Sequence record: MT446388.1
DNA from: Escherichia virus TH10
Length of the DNA stretch: 64,000 bases
Strand: one strand, 5' to 3'
Part shown: piece after piece, positions 18,084 to 27,693 of the stretch
How the letters are laid out: every line of letters begins with the position of its first letter
Position numbering within the stretch: the first letter of the stretch is position 1
The notes under the pieces: generated by a model
What the model saw: the letters and a program-made list of their open reading frames with translations, nothing else
What the model was told of the DNA's origin: nothing
Database searches by the model: none
Program-made: the position numbers and the translations under genes

Positions 18084-19256
18084 ATGGCAGTAGGTGAAAT
18101 TCAAATTAGTGCCTTGCCTCAAGCAGCTTTACCAATTGACCTTAGTGATATCTTCCATCTTAAGCAGGGTATTGAGGATAAGAGGTGTACTCTTGAGCAA
18201 TTACTTGCTCCACACGCAAGCCTAAGAAATAACCCTCATGGTGTTACTAAAACACAAATTGGTTTAGATAATGTTATTAATGCTCTTCAGTTAGTCGCTG
18301 CAAATAACTTATCAGATATTGTTAATGTAGCTGAGGCAAGAGCAAATCTACAGATTATGTCTTCAGAAGAGGTTAATAACCTTGTTCAGCAACATATTCA
18401 GGACAAGAGCAACCCACACAATACAACTAAGGCACAGGTAGGATTGAGTAATGTTCAGAACTGGACAACATCTAACCTTTATAATGAAGATGCAGATAAG
18501 TATGCTACAGCAAGAGCAGTAAATAACTTGTACAAGGCTGTTCAGGCTTCCTATCCAGTAGGTACTATCCATCTTTCCATGAACTCTGCAAACCCTTCTA
18601 CATACTTAATTTGCGGAGGTACTTGGGAGTTAGTCTCAAAAGGTAGGGCATTGGTTGGTTATGCCTCTGATGCAAGACCAGCAGGTTCTGTATTTGGTGC
18701 TTCAACTGTCACTTTGTCAGTTAATAATATGCCTCAACACTCCCACTCTGTATCTCTTAGTGGTGGTGGTCACACTCATAATGCAACTGTGTCAATCTCA
18801 GCTTTTGACTATGGAACTAAGACTACCAACTCTTTTGACTATGGAACAAAAGCTACTAACACAACTGGCAACCATACACATAGTGTGTCAGGTAACACGA
18901 GTACAAACGGTACTCATGACCATGACGTGTATCCTAGAGAAAATGATGGCACTGGTAATGCTGTAGCTGACTCTGATGGTGGTGGTGCAAGAAGGACATC
19001 AAGGACATCTAGTGATGGCGCACACTCACATAGTTTTAGTGTTACATCTGGTGCATCCGGTAACCACAGTCATACAGTCGGTATTGGTGCTCACAGCCAC
19101 ACAGTTGGTATTGGTTCACATACACACAGTGGTACTGTGACAGTTTCTTCTTCTGAGCATACACATAGTGGTAACACGAATAGTGTTGGTGGAGGTCAGG
19201 CTGTGAATATCGAACAGCCGTCCTTCGTGCTGTATGTATGGCAGAGAACAGCTTAA
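18084..19256 (+). CDS. tail fibre protein with C-terminal His-x-His repeat domain
   Basis: N-terminal duplicated NPHGVTKTQIGLDNV / NPHNTTKAQVGLSNV fibre repeats; C-terminal HSHSVS..HTHSVSG..HSHTVGIGAHSHTVGIGSHTHSG metal-binding-like HxH repeats; ends with terminator. Confidence 0.65.
   Translation: MAVGEIQISALPQAALPIDLSDIFHLKQGIEDKRCTLEQLLAPHASLRNNPHGVTKTQIGLDNVINALQLVAANNLSDIVNVAEARANLQIMSSEEVNNLVQQHIQDKSNPHNTTKAQVGLSNVQNWTTSNLYNEDADKYATARAVNNLYKAVQASYPVGTIHLSMNSANPSTYLICGGTWELVSKGRALVGYASDARPAGSVFGASTVTLSVNNMPQHSHSVSLSGGGHTHNATVSISAFDYGTKTTNSFDYGTKATNTTGNHTHSVSGNTSTNGTHDHDVYPRENDGTGNAVADSDGGGARRTSRTSSDGAHSHSFSVTSGASGNHSHTVGIGAHSHTVGIGSHTHSGTVTVSSSEHTHSGNTNSVGGGQAVNIEQPSFVLYVWQRTA
18804..18863 (+). 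repeat. perfect-frame 30-bp tandem duplication inside tail-fibre gene (SFDYGTKTTN / SFDYGTKATN)
   Basis: tttgactatggaactaagactaccaactct followed by tttgactatggaacaaaagctactaacaca. Confidence 0.8.
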
Positions 19257-19265
19257 TTTCTTTAC

Positions 19266-19287
19266 AGGGGCTTTATAGCCCCTTTTA
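19266..19287 (+). terminator. terminator-like hairpin after first fibre gene
   Basis: ggggc-tttata-gcccc followed by tttt. Confidence 0.45.
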
Positions 19288-19302
19288 AGAGGAAAATTTA
19301 TA

Positions 19303-21660
19303 ATGGCAGATTACAAGTTGAGTGAATTAAACTCAATCGACACAATCCGTTCAGACGACCTTCTTCATGTCAGAGTTAAAAAGAGACCTGAAATGCTAGG
19401 TGATGAAGACCGTCGAATGACCTATCAAGACTTCTTAGCATCTTTTAAGCTTGAAAGATTTGTCCAGATTGCTGGTAGTACTATGACGGGTGACTTAGGG
19501 ATTGTTAAGTTACTCTATGGCGGTAAGGCAGTATTTGACCCAACAGATTCTTCTGAGATTAATATTGGGGATGTTTTAAAGACTTTTAAAATTAACGCAA
19601 ATGGCCTTAAACTAACTATTGCAGATGCTTCGAGGTCAGCAACTGTTTATCATACTCTGAATAAACCAAGTCCTAATGAGCTTGGGATGAGAACTAATGA
19701 AGAGAATGATGCAAGATACTCAAGATTGGCTGTAAAAAACACCTTTAGCAGTACTCAAGCTATTCTCTCTGATAATGAAGCCCTTATTATTAAGAATACC
19801 ACACAAGGTGCGCCAATCTACATTAGTTGCCAAGATGCAGATGGCACTCAAAGATGGTATCTTGGCAATGATGCTTTTAGTAGAGATAACCTTGTTATCA
19901 AAAATGTTAAATATGGTGTCTATTTAGCTCTTTTAGACGGCCTATTATCCGTGAACAAATCACTCCAGATTGTTGGTCAAGTTCGACCTTCTGATTGGGC
20001 TAACTTAGATGCTAGATACTTTACTCAGACAGTCGCTAATCAGAGATTTGCACAGCTAGCTGGTGATAACACCTTTAGGGGTATTAATAATTTTGTAGGT
20101 GAGTTCAAAATTACCAGAGATAATGCTGCGTTAGTTATTAAGAATGCCTCTAATGCAACCGGACTATACCTACTTGGGGTGAAGGCTGACGGTACAAGCA
20201 AATTCTACTTAGGGACTGATACTTCTGACTCTGTAGTTAATCTGCACAACTACAGCACAAGCACAACCATCTCTTTGTCAGATGTGATTAGTGCTACTAA
20301 GACTGTGAGAATCACTGGTCAAGTTCAACCTTCTGATTGGACTAACATTGACTCTAGATACGTTCCGGCAGGAACTTTGAGCAATCTTGCTAAACTCAGT
20401 GACATGAATACTTTTAGGTCTGCACAAATTATTACACAAAATGGTTCATTGTTGCGACTAAAAAACACTGTTCAGGATAATGAACTGTACCTTTCTGGTC
20501 ATAATGCTGATAATGCGAGAAGGTGGTACATCGGGACTGCTGATAGAGCAAACCCATCTAGATTCATTATCCACAATGATAAAACTGTGACCACTATTTT
20601 TATGGAAGATGACTTTTTGCTAAATAAAACTGTAAGGATTACTGGTCAAGTACAACCTTCTGACTTCTCTAACTTAGATGCTAGATACTATACCCAATCT
20701 GCCGCAAACGCAAGATATATGCTTGCAAGCATCACTGGCTCAGCTTCTGAAGCAGATGGCGGTGATGGTGTTGCATGGAATGCAAAAACAGGTCTCTATA
20801 AGGTTACTAACACAAGTGGCCAGTCCTCTCTTCTTGTGTATCACATGTTTTTGGGCACTAGTTCTACGCCATCTGCACAATTAAAGTTTAATTTTAAAAA
20901 TGGTGGGATGTGGTATAGAACAGCAAGAGATAGCTATGGTTTTGAGGCCAGTTGGTCTAAAGTTTACACAGATACTCAAAAACCAACCCCTTCAGAAATT
21001 GGTGCATATACTAAAGCCGAAACTGACCAGAAAATTGCAACAGCAATTAGTGACTCTACAGACCTTAATAAAATCTATCCAGTAGGTATTGTAACGTGGT
21101 TTAACAGTAATGTTGACCCTAATACAGCACTTCCTGGGTTAACTTGGACGTACCTTAACAATGGTGTTGGTAGGACTATCAGGATTGCAGCAGCAAATGG
21201 TTCAGATGTTGCTACAACTGGTGGTTCAGACTCTGTAACGTTGTCTGTTGGTAACTTACCATCACACACCCATAGTTTCTCTGCTACCACTTCATCTTTT
21301 GATTATGGTACAAAGAACACTAATAACACTGGTGCTCACACCCACTCTGTAAGTGGTACTGCTAACTCTGGTGGTGGACACGCACATAGAATCTCACAAG
21401 GTGACAACGCTAACGTACCATCTGGTCGTGTTGCTTCATCAAACTCTGCTCAAACGCACGTTGGTTGGACAGAAAGTGATGGTGTTCACACTCACTCTGT
21501 AAGTGGTTCTGCTGCATCTGCTGGGGGACATGCTCATTCTGTAGGTATTGGCGCTCACAGTCACACAGTTAGTGGTAACACTGGTGGTACAGGTTCTGGT
21601 TCAGCATTCAGTGTTACTAACCAGTTCTACAAGTTAATGGCTTGGGTAAGAACTGCTTAA
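19303..21660 (+). CDS. long tail fibre / receptor-binding protein with triplicated internal domain and C-terminal HxH domain
   Basis: Three copies of V(R/Q)ITGQVQPSDW(T/A)N(L/I)D(A/S)RY spaced ~110 aa; C-terminal GGSDSVTLSVGNLPSHTHSF..FDYGTKNTNNTGAHTHSVSG..GGHAHSVGIGAHSHTVSG paralogous to C-terminus of 18084..19256. Confidence 0.7.
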   Translation: MADYKLSELNSIDTIRSDDLLHVRVKKRPEMLGDEDRRMTYQDFLASFKLERFVQIAGSTMTGDLGIVKLLYGGKAVFDPTDSSEINIGDVLKTFKINANGLKLTIADASRSATVYHTLNKPSPNELGMRTNEENDARYSRLAVKNTFSSTQAILSDNEALIIKNTTQGAPIYISCQDADGTQRWYLGNDAFSRDNLVIKNVKYGVYLALLDGLLSVNKSLQIVGQVRPSDWANLDARYFTQTVANQRFAQLAGDNTFRGINNFVGEFKITRDNAALVIKNASNATGLYLLGVKADGTSKFYLGTDTSDSVVNLHNYSTSTTISLSDVISATKTVRITGQVQPSDWTNIDSRYVPAGTLSNLAKLSDMNTFRSAQIITQNGSLLRLKNTVQDNELYLSGHNADNARRWYIGTADRANPSRFIIHNDKTVTTIFMEDDFLLNKTVRITGQVQPSDFSNLDARYYTQSAANARYMLASITGSASEADGGDGVAWNAKTGLYKVTNTSGQSSLLVYHMFLGTSSTPSAQLKFNFKNGGMWYRTARDSYGFEASWSKVYTDTQKPTPSEIGAYTKAETDQKIATAISDSTDLNKIYPVGIVTWFNSNVDPNTALPGLTWTYLNNGVGRTIRIAAANGSDVATTGGSDSVTLSVGNLPSHTHSFSATTSSFDYGTKNTNNTGAHTHSVSGTANSGGGHAHRISQGDNANVPSGRVASSNSAQTHVGWTESDGVHTHSVSGSAASAGGHAHSVGIGAHSHTVSGNTGGTGSGSAFSVTNQFYKLMAWVRTA

Positions 21661-21667
21661 TCCCTTG

Positions 21668-21696
21668 TTGACTGATTGTTAAGATGGTGTTAATAT
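21668..21696 (+). promoter_or_regulatory. sigma70-like promoter (TTGACT-17-TAATAT)
   Basis: -35 ttgact 21668-21673, 17-bp spacer, -10 taatat 21691-21696, upstream of 21740 gene. Confidence 0.5.
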
Positions 21697-21739
21697 TCTT
21701 TATGGGTATTCTCACCATCTTGGCTGATGAGGTGATTAA

Positions 21740-21937
21740 ATGCCTACAATCCTAGCAATTCTTCTAAAAAATCTAGGTAGCTTCTTCTGGAAACTCATTT
21801 TATCCCTTCTAAGTGAATACATGATTGAGAAAGTGTTCTTTAGGCTTGCAAGATACCTTGCGAGTAAAACAGACACACCTATTGATGATGAGTTCGTAGA
21901 TAACTTAGAAAAAGCTTTTAAGGGGGAGAATAAATGA
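21740..21937 (+). CDS. small membrane protein
   Basis: 65-aa ORF with hydrophobic N-terminal segment; coupled to next ORF (ATGA overlap). Confidence 0.4.
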   Translation: MPTILAILLKNLGSFFWKLILSLLSEYMIEKVFFRLARYLASKTDTPIDDEFVDNLEKAFKGENK

Positions 21938-22305
21938 AGTGGCTAGAGGAAGCTTTTAAAAATAATATTGGTGCAATTGTAGTTGGTATTTTTAGTGTTA
22001 TTGGGATGTATACCACCATGCAAGTTTCAAGTGGTAAACAAGAAGTGTCTGTCACAACAAAGTTACAGCAGCTAGATAATTATTCCAAAAGTAACTATTC
22101 AGCTATTCGTGATTTACAGTCTGACATGAGATTGATTCAGCTAGGGATGGAGAACCAGAAAGTTCAGTTAGAGAATGTTAAGGGCGAAAACGCAAAACTT
22201 ACCAAAACTCTTGATAAATTTTCTGACAGTGTAAATAATCTGGCTCAATCAGTATCAGCCCTCCAAGCTATTACTGAGAAGAACACAAAGAATACTGAAA
22301 AATAA
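21934..22305 (+). CDS. N-terminally membrane-anchored coiled-coil protein (possible lysis or host-interaction role)
   Basis: Single N-terminal TM segment (IGAIVVGIFSVIGMY) followed by helical Q/L/N-rich domain. Confidence 0.4.
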   Translation: MKWLEEAFKNNIGAIVVGIFSVIGMYTTMQVSSGKQEVSVTTKLQQLDNYSKSNYSAIRDLQSDMRLIQLGMENQKVQLENVKGENAKLTKTLDKFSDSVNNLAQSVSALQAITEKNTKNTEK

Positions 22306-22311
22306 AATTTT

Positions 22312-22346
22312 AAGGCTCCTTTTGACGGGAGCCTTTTTTGTTTTTA
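22312..22346. terminator. bidirectional rho-independent terminator between convergent late (+) and early (-) operons
   Basis: aaggctcc / ggagcctt stem with T-tract on + strand and A/T run on - strand; lies between convergent stops at 22305 and 22344. Confidence 0.65.
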
Positions 22347-23243
22347 CTTACCTACTGACAAAGGCGCTTCAATCTTTCCTGCATGTTGGTAGTTGTTAAT
22401 TCCACCGATAAAGTCACTTGCAGTGAGATGTTTTAGGTCACTTAAAGTGTTAAGTGGGATACCAATCTCAAAAGTTGGTGCATGGAACTCTTCATTGTTC
22501 ATCAGTTCATAAACCTGCTTCATATGGTTCTGATAAATCTGAGTATCTCCAAAGACACCTATCAAATATCGTGGAGTGTATCCAGTCATCTTACAAAGGA
22601 CTTCCAGAATAAAACCATAAGATGCAATGTTAAACGGAAGCCCTAAAAAGGTGTCTACAGAACGCTGATACCATTGTAAGTCAACTTCACCCTCGTTGGT
22701 GATATAAATCTGAAACAGAACATGACAAGGTGCTAAAGCCATCGAGTTTGCTGCAATATCTGCTGCATTCCAAGCATTAACAAGCATGTAACGGTCTGTG
22801 ATATCACCTTTCATCTTCGTTACTAAGGTTTCTAACTGGTCTACAACACAACCATTATGACCTTCAAAGTTTCTCCACTGAACCCCGTAGATTCTCCCAC
22901 CTGCATCTTCTAACCAGTCTTGCTCAGAAGAATAGTTAGAGCTTAACCAACGTTTAAAATCATCTGACCAGATAGTCCAACGTTCTCCATCATTTTCACC
23001 CCAAGTGCGATAACGGAGTTCACCAAGTTTATTCTCACCATTCAGGAACCATAAAGCTTCCCCAATGACTTGCCGTGTAAACACCTGTTTAGATGTTAAG
23101 AGTGGGAAACCAGTACGCATATCAAAACGAAACTTAGGTGGAGCAAATGCAGAGATAACATCTCCAGTTCGTGTAGTACGCAGTTCACCAACGGATAAAA
23201 CATGGTTCAGGATATTTTTGTAACTTGTATCTGCTTGTGACAT
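22344..23243 (-). CDS. thyA: thymidylate synthase
   Basis: Full-length match to ThyA signature blocks: RTGxG, GFPLLT-K, ALWFL, QWR, ALAPCH, QxYQRS-D-FLGLPFNIASY, GDTQIYQNH. Confidence 0.93.
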   Translation of the reverse strand: MSQADTSYKNILNHVLSVGELRTTRTGDVISAFAPPKFRFDMRTGFPLLTSKQVFTRQVIGEALWFLNGENKLGELRYRTWGENDGERWTIWSDDFKRWLSSNYSSEQDWLEDAGGRIYGVQWRNFEGHNGCVVDQLETLVTKMKGDITDRYMLVNAWNAADIAANSMALAPCHVLFQIYITNEGEVDLQWYQRSVDTFLGLPFNIASYGFILEVLCKMTGYTPRYLIGVFGDTQIYQNHMKQVYELMNNEEFHAPTFEIGIPLNTLSDLKHLTASDFIGGINNYQHAGKIEAPLSVGK

Positions 23244-23244
23244 A

Positions 23245-23790
23245 TCAAAAGTGTCCTTTTACTTGTGGAACATAAATTTCAAAGGTTGCTTTACCATCCT
23301 CTGATGGTTTTGACTGTACCTTTGTGAATACACGGTTATCATACAGCTTCTCAAAGAAGTTTTCAAAAGGTAAATGCACAGTGGCCTCTTCAGTAACTTT
23401 ATGGAAAACTGTATGGAAAACTACACCAGCATACGGTAAAGCATTGACAAGGACACCTGCACCACCAATTACAAAGACATCTTCATCAATAGAGCTATCA
23501 AGATAGTTCAAAAATGCTCCAAAGGATTCTTTACTGGCCTTAGCATACATTACCTCATCTTTGCCAAAGTCTATGCCTAAGTATGGTACAGAATTTGTTA
23601 AGATGAGGTTTGCACGTTCTGGTAAAGGCTTACTCCCCAGAGTCTTGAAAGTCTCGTTACCCATCACTACTAAGTTGTTTTTAGTAAGTCTCTTAAACTC
23701 TTGCATATCCTGTTTATGTCGAGGCCACGGCATACCAGTTGGAGTACCAAACTCCCCATTTTCACCACTTGCAAAGATTAATTTAATCAT
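23245..23790 (-). CDS. folA: dihydrofolate reductase
   Basis: GMPWP, VVMGNETFKTLG, PLPERANLILT motifs matching DHFR; directly upstream of thyA. Confidence 0.88.
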   Translation of the reverse strand: MIKLIFASGENGEFGTPTGMPWPRHKQDMQEFKRLTKNNLVVMGNETFKTLGSKPLPERANLILTNSVPYLGIDFGKDEVMYAKASKESFGAFLNYLDSSIDEDVFVIGGAGVLVNALPYAGVVFHTVFHKVTEEATVHLPFENFFEKLYDNRVFTKVQSKPSEDGKATFEIYVPQVKGHF

Positions 23791-24047
23791 TTTGTAAATC
23801 CTTTCTTAATGAACCAGTTGATAACATTCTTCACAGCTTTATTGCTATGGTAGATTAAGTGTGGTGTAGGTTGGTATGAACCATAAGCCCAGAAAGCAAT
23901 GATTGCATTACACCCTGTACACCTTGTACTCTCTTCAGCAATATGACCGTTGACTATTTCACTTACCTCACCTTGTAAGTCTGTACATCCACAATGTGGA
24001 CAACGGATAGGTGCTCCGTCAGACTCATAGCAGTGTTCAATTTTCAT
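23787..24047 (-). CDS. small zinc-ribbon protein
   Basis: CPHCGC ... CTGC four-cysteine pattern in 86-aa ORF. Confidence 0.5.
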   Translation of the reverse strand: MKIEHCYESDGAPIRCPHCGCTDLQGEVSEIVNGHIAEESTRCTGCNAIIAFWAYGSYQPTPHLIYHSNKAVKNVINWFIKKGFTK

Positions 24048-24563
24048 TTATTTAACCTCAAAAACTGGCTCAAGAGCCAATATAAAGTCTACACAGTCAT
24101 CTTCTTCATCCAGAATACCATCAAAGTTCTTAGGAACGAAGTCGAAGAGGCTCATAACAAAGCAGTCAGAAGTAACCCTGATAGTGCCTCCCATATTCTC
24201 TACAGTCAACACTGTACGGCTTTCTTTTACCTCTCTCAGAAGATTACTCACAAAGTCATCTAAGAAGTATTTCATCAGTGACTTAAAGCCTTTAGGGTAA
24301 TCTGTACCAGAGTATGTTTCAATCTGGGGCACAAGCTTAACATTTATACTAGTCTTTGTTAAGAACGTGCTAGAGAACATACTGTCAGGTAACTTACAAA
24401 CAGTCTTTCCAGTACCTTCATGTTCAATCTCAACAAAACCAGCTTCGTCACCACATGTAACTATTTTAAAAGATGCTTCATTCTCATACTGTGAAGCCAT
24501 AAACTTTTTAAGCATCTCTTTAAGGAAATCTGCATGAGCATCTTGTAAGTAGATATCAATCAT
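24048..24563 (-). CDS. hypothetical early protein
   Basis: 171-aa ORF in co-directional early cluster. Confidence 0.45.
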   Translation of the reverse strand: MIDIYLQDAHADFLKEMLKKFMASQYENEASFKIVTCGDEAGFVEIEHEGTGKTVCKLPDSMFSSTFLTKTSINVKLVPQIETYSGTDYPKGFKSLMKYFLDDFVSNLLREVKESRTVLTVENMGGTIRVTSDCFVMSLFDFVPKNFDGILDEEDDCVDFILALEPVFEVK

Positions 24564-24576
24564 AGTTAATCACCTA

Positions 24577-24936
24577 TTATGGGAACAGACACTTGATGTC
24601 ATCGTTTTTAAAAACAAAACTTGTGTAGTTATGACCATCAACATCCAGCCAAACAGCCTGAACATCTACACCATCAAGGTTGTGGTAAAGCTCTTTGATG
24701 AAGTGGTCTTTTACAATCTGGCTGCTAGTTGTTTCCAGCTTAATGTTTGAGATTGCTGAACCTACAGCCATATAGCCCATGACACGTTTCTTCTCAGTAT
24801 GCTTAATCTTACCATCTTTGTAAGCCATAATGAGATTGGAGAGAATCTTCACACCATAATACTTTTCAAGGTGAGTAGGTACACCATAAAAGCCTAATGC
24901 AAAGTTTTCAGAGTGGATAATGTTTTCACGTTTCAT
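24577..24936 (-). CDS. hypothetical early protein
   Basis: 119-aa ORF in early cluster. Confidence 0.45.
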   Translation of the reverse strand: MKRENIIHSENFALGFYGVPTHLEKYYGVKILSNLIMAYKDGKIKHTEKKRVMGYMAVGSAISNIKLETTSSQIVKDHFIKELYHNLDGVDVQAVWLDVDGHNYTSFVFKNDDIKCLFP

Positions 24937-24937
24937 A

Positions 24938-25237
24938 TTAATCTGCCAACCTTAAATTAAAATTAACACCAAATTTTTCACAGACACCCAACATATACTC
25001 AAGGGAGACATTACCAGTGAGGTGGATTATGTTGGATACACGAGCCTGAGAGATACCACAAATTTTAGCAACTTGCTCTTGAGAAAGACCTCTGGATTTA
25101 ATCTCTCTCTTAAAACGATGTGCAACGAAATCTCTCATTTCGTCTACATCCATTGGACAAATATAACTCTCCATTTCAGCCTCTCTGTCAGCCTCCCAAT
25201 CATCTTGTGGAGCATAAGGGTCAAAAACCTCATTCAT
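24938..25237 (-). CDS. helix-turn-helix DNA-binding protein (start likely ATG 25237, 8-nt overlap with upstream gene)
   Basis: C-terminal LSQEQVAKICGISQARVSNI HTH-like segment. Confidence 0.45.
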   Translation of the reverse strand: MNEVFDPYAPQDDWEADREAEMESYICPMDVDEMRDFVAHRFKREIKSRGLSQEQVAKICGISQARVSNIIHLTGNVSLEYMLGVCEKFGVNFNLRLAD

Positions 25238-25442
25238 CTTTCTTCTTCCGTTTTCGTGAAGTGTCAATCAATGAATCTATGTTTGTAGCCCTAACCTTTT
25301 CACGTTCATCGTTAAGATAATCGTCAAGAGCCTTTTCAATCTGTGAATCATCCTGACAGATGACTGTAAAGACTGTAAAGCCGTCTGTATCGTCAATTAT
25401 CTTACCATAACCGCTTCTGGGATGTAACTTTTTAAGAGCCAT
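25230..25442 (-). CDS. hypothetical small protein
   Basis: 70-aa ORF with basic C-terminus, adjacent to stop of upstream gene. Confidence 0.4.
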   Translation of the reverse strand: MALKKLHPRSGYGKIIDDTDGFTVFTVICQDDSQIEKALDDYLNDEREKVRATNIDSLIDTSRKRKKKDE

Positions 25443-25443
25443 A

Positions 25444-25827
25444 TCAAATACCTGTGCAGCTTCTGTTTTCTAAGAAATACTCAACACCATACATAGCTTT
25501 TTGCATCAAATCTTCTTTAAACTGGATACGATGATTGAGCATAGCCTGTACATCAATATCATCAGGGTGCTTCTCTTTAATATTTGCAGATTGCAGGAAA
25601 TACTCTGCAAGAACACGATACTGATAGTCAGTTACCTTATCAGTCATCTCTGTTAAAGACTCTTCAGAGATTGGTTTAAGTAGTTCACCTTTAGATAGGG
25701 CAACACCTTTAACAATCTGGCAAGTGTCTTCTGGAACACCTGATAAGTCCACATTTGGAAGTTCTGTTGCATTGACTGGTAAATTCATTGCCATAACCAT
25801 TGCAGCAGCTAATAAAATCTTTTTCAT
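25444..25827 (-). CDS. secreted/periplasmic protein (signal peptide)
   Basis: N-terminus MKKILLAAAMVMAMNLPVNA is a classical Sec signal peptide. Confidence 0.5.
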   Translation of the reverse strand: MKKILLAAAMVMAMNLPVNATELPNVDLSGVPEDTCQIVKGVALSKGELLKPISEESLTEMTDKVTDYQYRVLAEYFLQSANIKEKHPDDIDVQAMLNHRIQFKEDLMQKAMYGVEYFLENRSCTGI

Positions 25828-25871
25828 AATGACCTCAAAGTTATATTAAATTTTGTATTACATTGAGTATA

Positions 25872-25900
25872 AAAATAAGCTATAACACCTGACTTGTCAA
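25872..25900 (-). promoter_or_regulatory. candidate sigma70 promoter for 25444..25827 operon
   Basis: minus-strand TTGACA (plus 25895-25900) with 17-bp spacer and weak -10 TATTTT. Confidence 0.3.
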
Positions 25901-25960
25901 CAGATTTTATAGCTTATTTGGCAGATTTTTTATAAGGCTACTGCCATCCTTCCAAACTAT

Positions 25961-26018
25961 ACCAAACCTAACCCCACCTAACCCCACCTAACCCTACCAC
26001 ACCAGACCTAGCCTAACC
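25961..26018. repeat. pentanucleotide-periodic array (NNACC)x12
   Basis: ACC/GCC at exact 5-bp phase from 25961 to 26018 (accaa accta acccc accta acccc accta accct accac accag accta gccta acc). Confidence 0.85.
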
Positions 26019-26020
26019 TT

Positions 26021-26054
26021 GTTAAAAGACCCTCTTAAAGACCTTTTAAAAAGG
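26021..26054. repeat. conserved box copy 1 (gttaaaagaccctcttaaagaccttttaaaaagg)
   Basis: Near-identical to copies at 26149-26186 and 27428-27465. Confidence 0.85.
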
Positions 26055-26086
26055 TAAGTCTCATTTTAATGTAGCTGAGACTAACT
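26055..26086 (-). other. hairpin HP1 copy A (agtctca-12 nt loop-tgagact)
   Basis: Inverted repeat identical to 27466-27496; on minus strand followed by a short T-run. Confidence 0.6.
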
Positions 26087-26092
26087 ACCCAT

Positions 26093-26150
26093 ACCAGACC
26101 CTACCTTACCAAACCAGACCTCACTCTACCCCACCATACCGTATACTACC
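26093..26150. repeat. pentanucleotide-periodic array (NNACC)x12
   Basis: CC at exact 5-bp phase 26094 to 26150 with two imperfect units. Confidence 0.85.
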
Positions 26151-26186
26151 TCATTAAAAGACCCTCTTAAAGACCTTTTAAAAAGG
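26149..26186. repeat. conserved box copy 2
   Basis: cctcattaaaagaccctcttaaagaccttttaaaaagg. Confidence 0.85.
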
Positions 26187-26203
26187 AGCCTCCGAAGAGG
26201 CTA
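26176..26203 (-). terminator. rho-independent terminator of 26214..27259 operon
   Basis: minus-strand stem agcctc-ttcg-gaggct followed by ctttttaaaa; 10 nt downstream of stop at 26214. Confidence 0.65.
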
Positions 26204-26213
26204 CCTAGTCAAC

Positions 26214-26654
26214 TTAGAAAGGTTTTCTGCGTTGCTTGTTAATGTTAGCTTTCATAGCAGCTAAGTGGTTTTGCTGTTCAATTAGTCGTGAACGTTCTTG
26301 GTGGCTAAGTGCCATAGTGTTCACATTCTCAATCGCTTGAGTGGCTTGCTTTAAAGCACGACCAATCTTACCAGACATTTTACGTTTTGCAATAGTTGCT
26401 TGATGCTTAGGTTCAACCACACGATAACCAACACCCATTGAAGCAACCAGATAAATCTTCTCTTCTTTAAGAAGCTTCTCAATAAACTTCTCAAGTCGGT
26501 TTAGACGTGTAAGCGCATAAGCCTTCATTTCATCTTCGTACTTAACAATGTCACCTTGATAAGTTGGTTTCACAATACCTAAGAAGGTATCCATCTCAGA
26601 ATGTGATACAGTGTCACCGTAACTAAACTTTGCTGCTAATGCTTTTGTATTCAT
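26214..26654 (-). CDS. hypothetical protein (cassette gene 2)
   Basis: 146-aa ORF, basic C-terminus, 3-nt spacing from upstream gene. Confidence 0.5.
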   Translation of the reverse strand: MNTKALAAKFSYGDTVSHSEMDTFLGIVKPTYQGDIVKYEDEMKAYALTRLNRLEKFIEKLLKEEKIYLVASMGVGYRVVEPKHQATIAKRKMSGKIGRALKQATQAIENVNTMALSHQERSRLIEQQNHLAAMKANINKQRRKPF

Positions 26655-26656
26655 AA

Positions 26657-27262
<606 letters not shown>

Positions 27263-27357
27263 TTAGTTGATTGTTAAGTTGTTTGTAAAGAACCCTCAAC
27301 AGAAGACTCTTTAGAAACTTGGTAGATTTTTAACGTGGCTACTACCATCCACCCATA

Positions 27358-27429
27358 CCATACCGAACCTTACCTTACCAAACCAGACCGCGCCTTACCA
27401 AACCAGACCAAACATTACTTTACCCTACC
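27358..27429. repeat. pentanucleotide-periodic array (NNACC)x15
   Basis: CC at 27358-59, 63-64, 68-69 ... 27428-29 in constant 5-bp phase. Confidence 0.85.
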
Positions 27430-27465
27430 TCATTAAAAAACCCTCTTAAAGACCTTTTAAAAAGG
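27428..27465. repeat. conserved box copy 3
   Basis: cctcattaaaaaaccctcttaaagaccttttaaaaagg. Confidence 0.85.
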
Positions 27466-27496
27466 TAAGTCTCATTTTAATGTAGCTGAGACTAAC
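27466..27496 (-). other. hairpin HP1 copy B
   Basis: gtaagtctcattttaatgtagctgagactaac identical to 26055-26086. Confidence 0.6.
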
Positions 27497-27497
27497 T

Positions 27498-27595
27498 ACC
27501 CGCACTTTACCGCACCGGACCTTACCGGACCGCACATCACCGCACTAAACCAGACATCACATTACCTGACCACACCAAACCAAACATCACATTAC
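27498..27595. repeat. pentanucleotide-periodic array (NNNAC/NNACC)x20
   Basis: AC dinucleotide at every position ending in 4-5 and 9-0 from 27498 to 27595. Confidence 0.85.
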
Positions 27596-27623
27596 TTAAA
27601 AACCCTCTTAGAAGACTCTTAAG
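27591..27623. repeat. degenerate conserved box copy 4
   Basis: attacttaaaaaccctcttagaagactcttaag. Confidence 0.5.
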
Positions 27624-27658
27624 TGATGCTGGTGAGTACCCGTTGGTTTATGCTGCTC

Positions 27659-27686
27659 AGTATACTCACCAAATTTTCTATGTCAA
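27659..27686 (-). promoter_or_regulatory. sigma70-like promoter (TTGACA-16-TATACT) reading into the repeat array
   Basis: minus-strand ttgaca (plus 27681-27686), spacer tagaaaatttggtgag, -10 tatact (plus 27659-27664). Confidence 0.55.
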
Positions 27687-27693
27687 CAACTTT

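Noticed and set aside
18655-18966. 103-aa plus-strand ORF in an alternative frame inside the first tail-fibre gene
   Set aside because: Overlaps the His-rich repeat region, which gives long open frames in several frames by composition alone.
24938-25267. HTH protein as a lysogeny repressor, implying a temperate phage or prophage
   Set aside because: No integrase, excisionase, attachment-site or CI/Cro-type divergent switch anywhere in the window; content is that of a virulent phage.
25961-25995. G-quadruplex on the minus strand of the first pentamer array (ggtggggttaggtggggttagg)
   Set aside because: Only three G-runs of three or more are present, short of the four needed for a canonical intramolecular G4; the tract at 63919-63949 qualifies instead.
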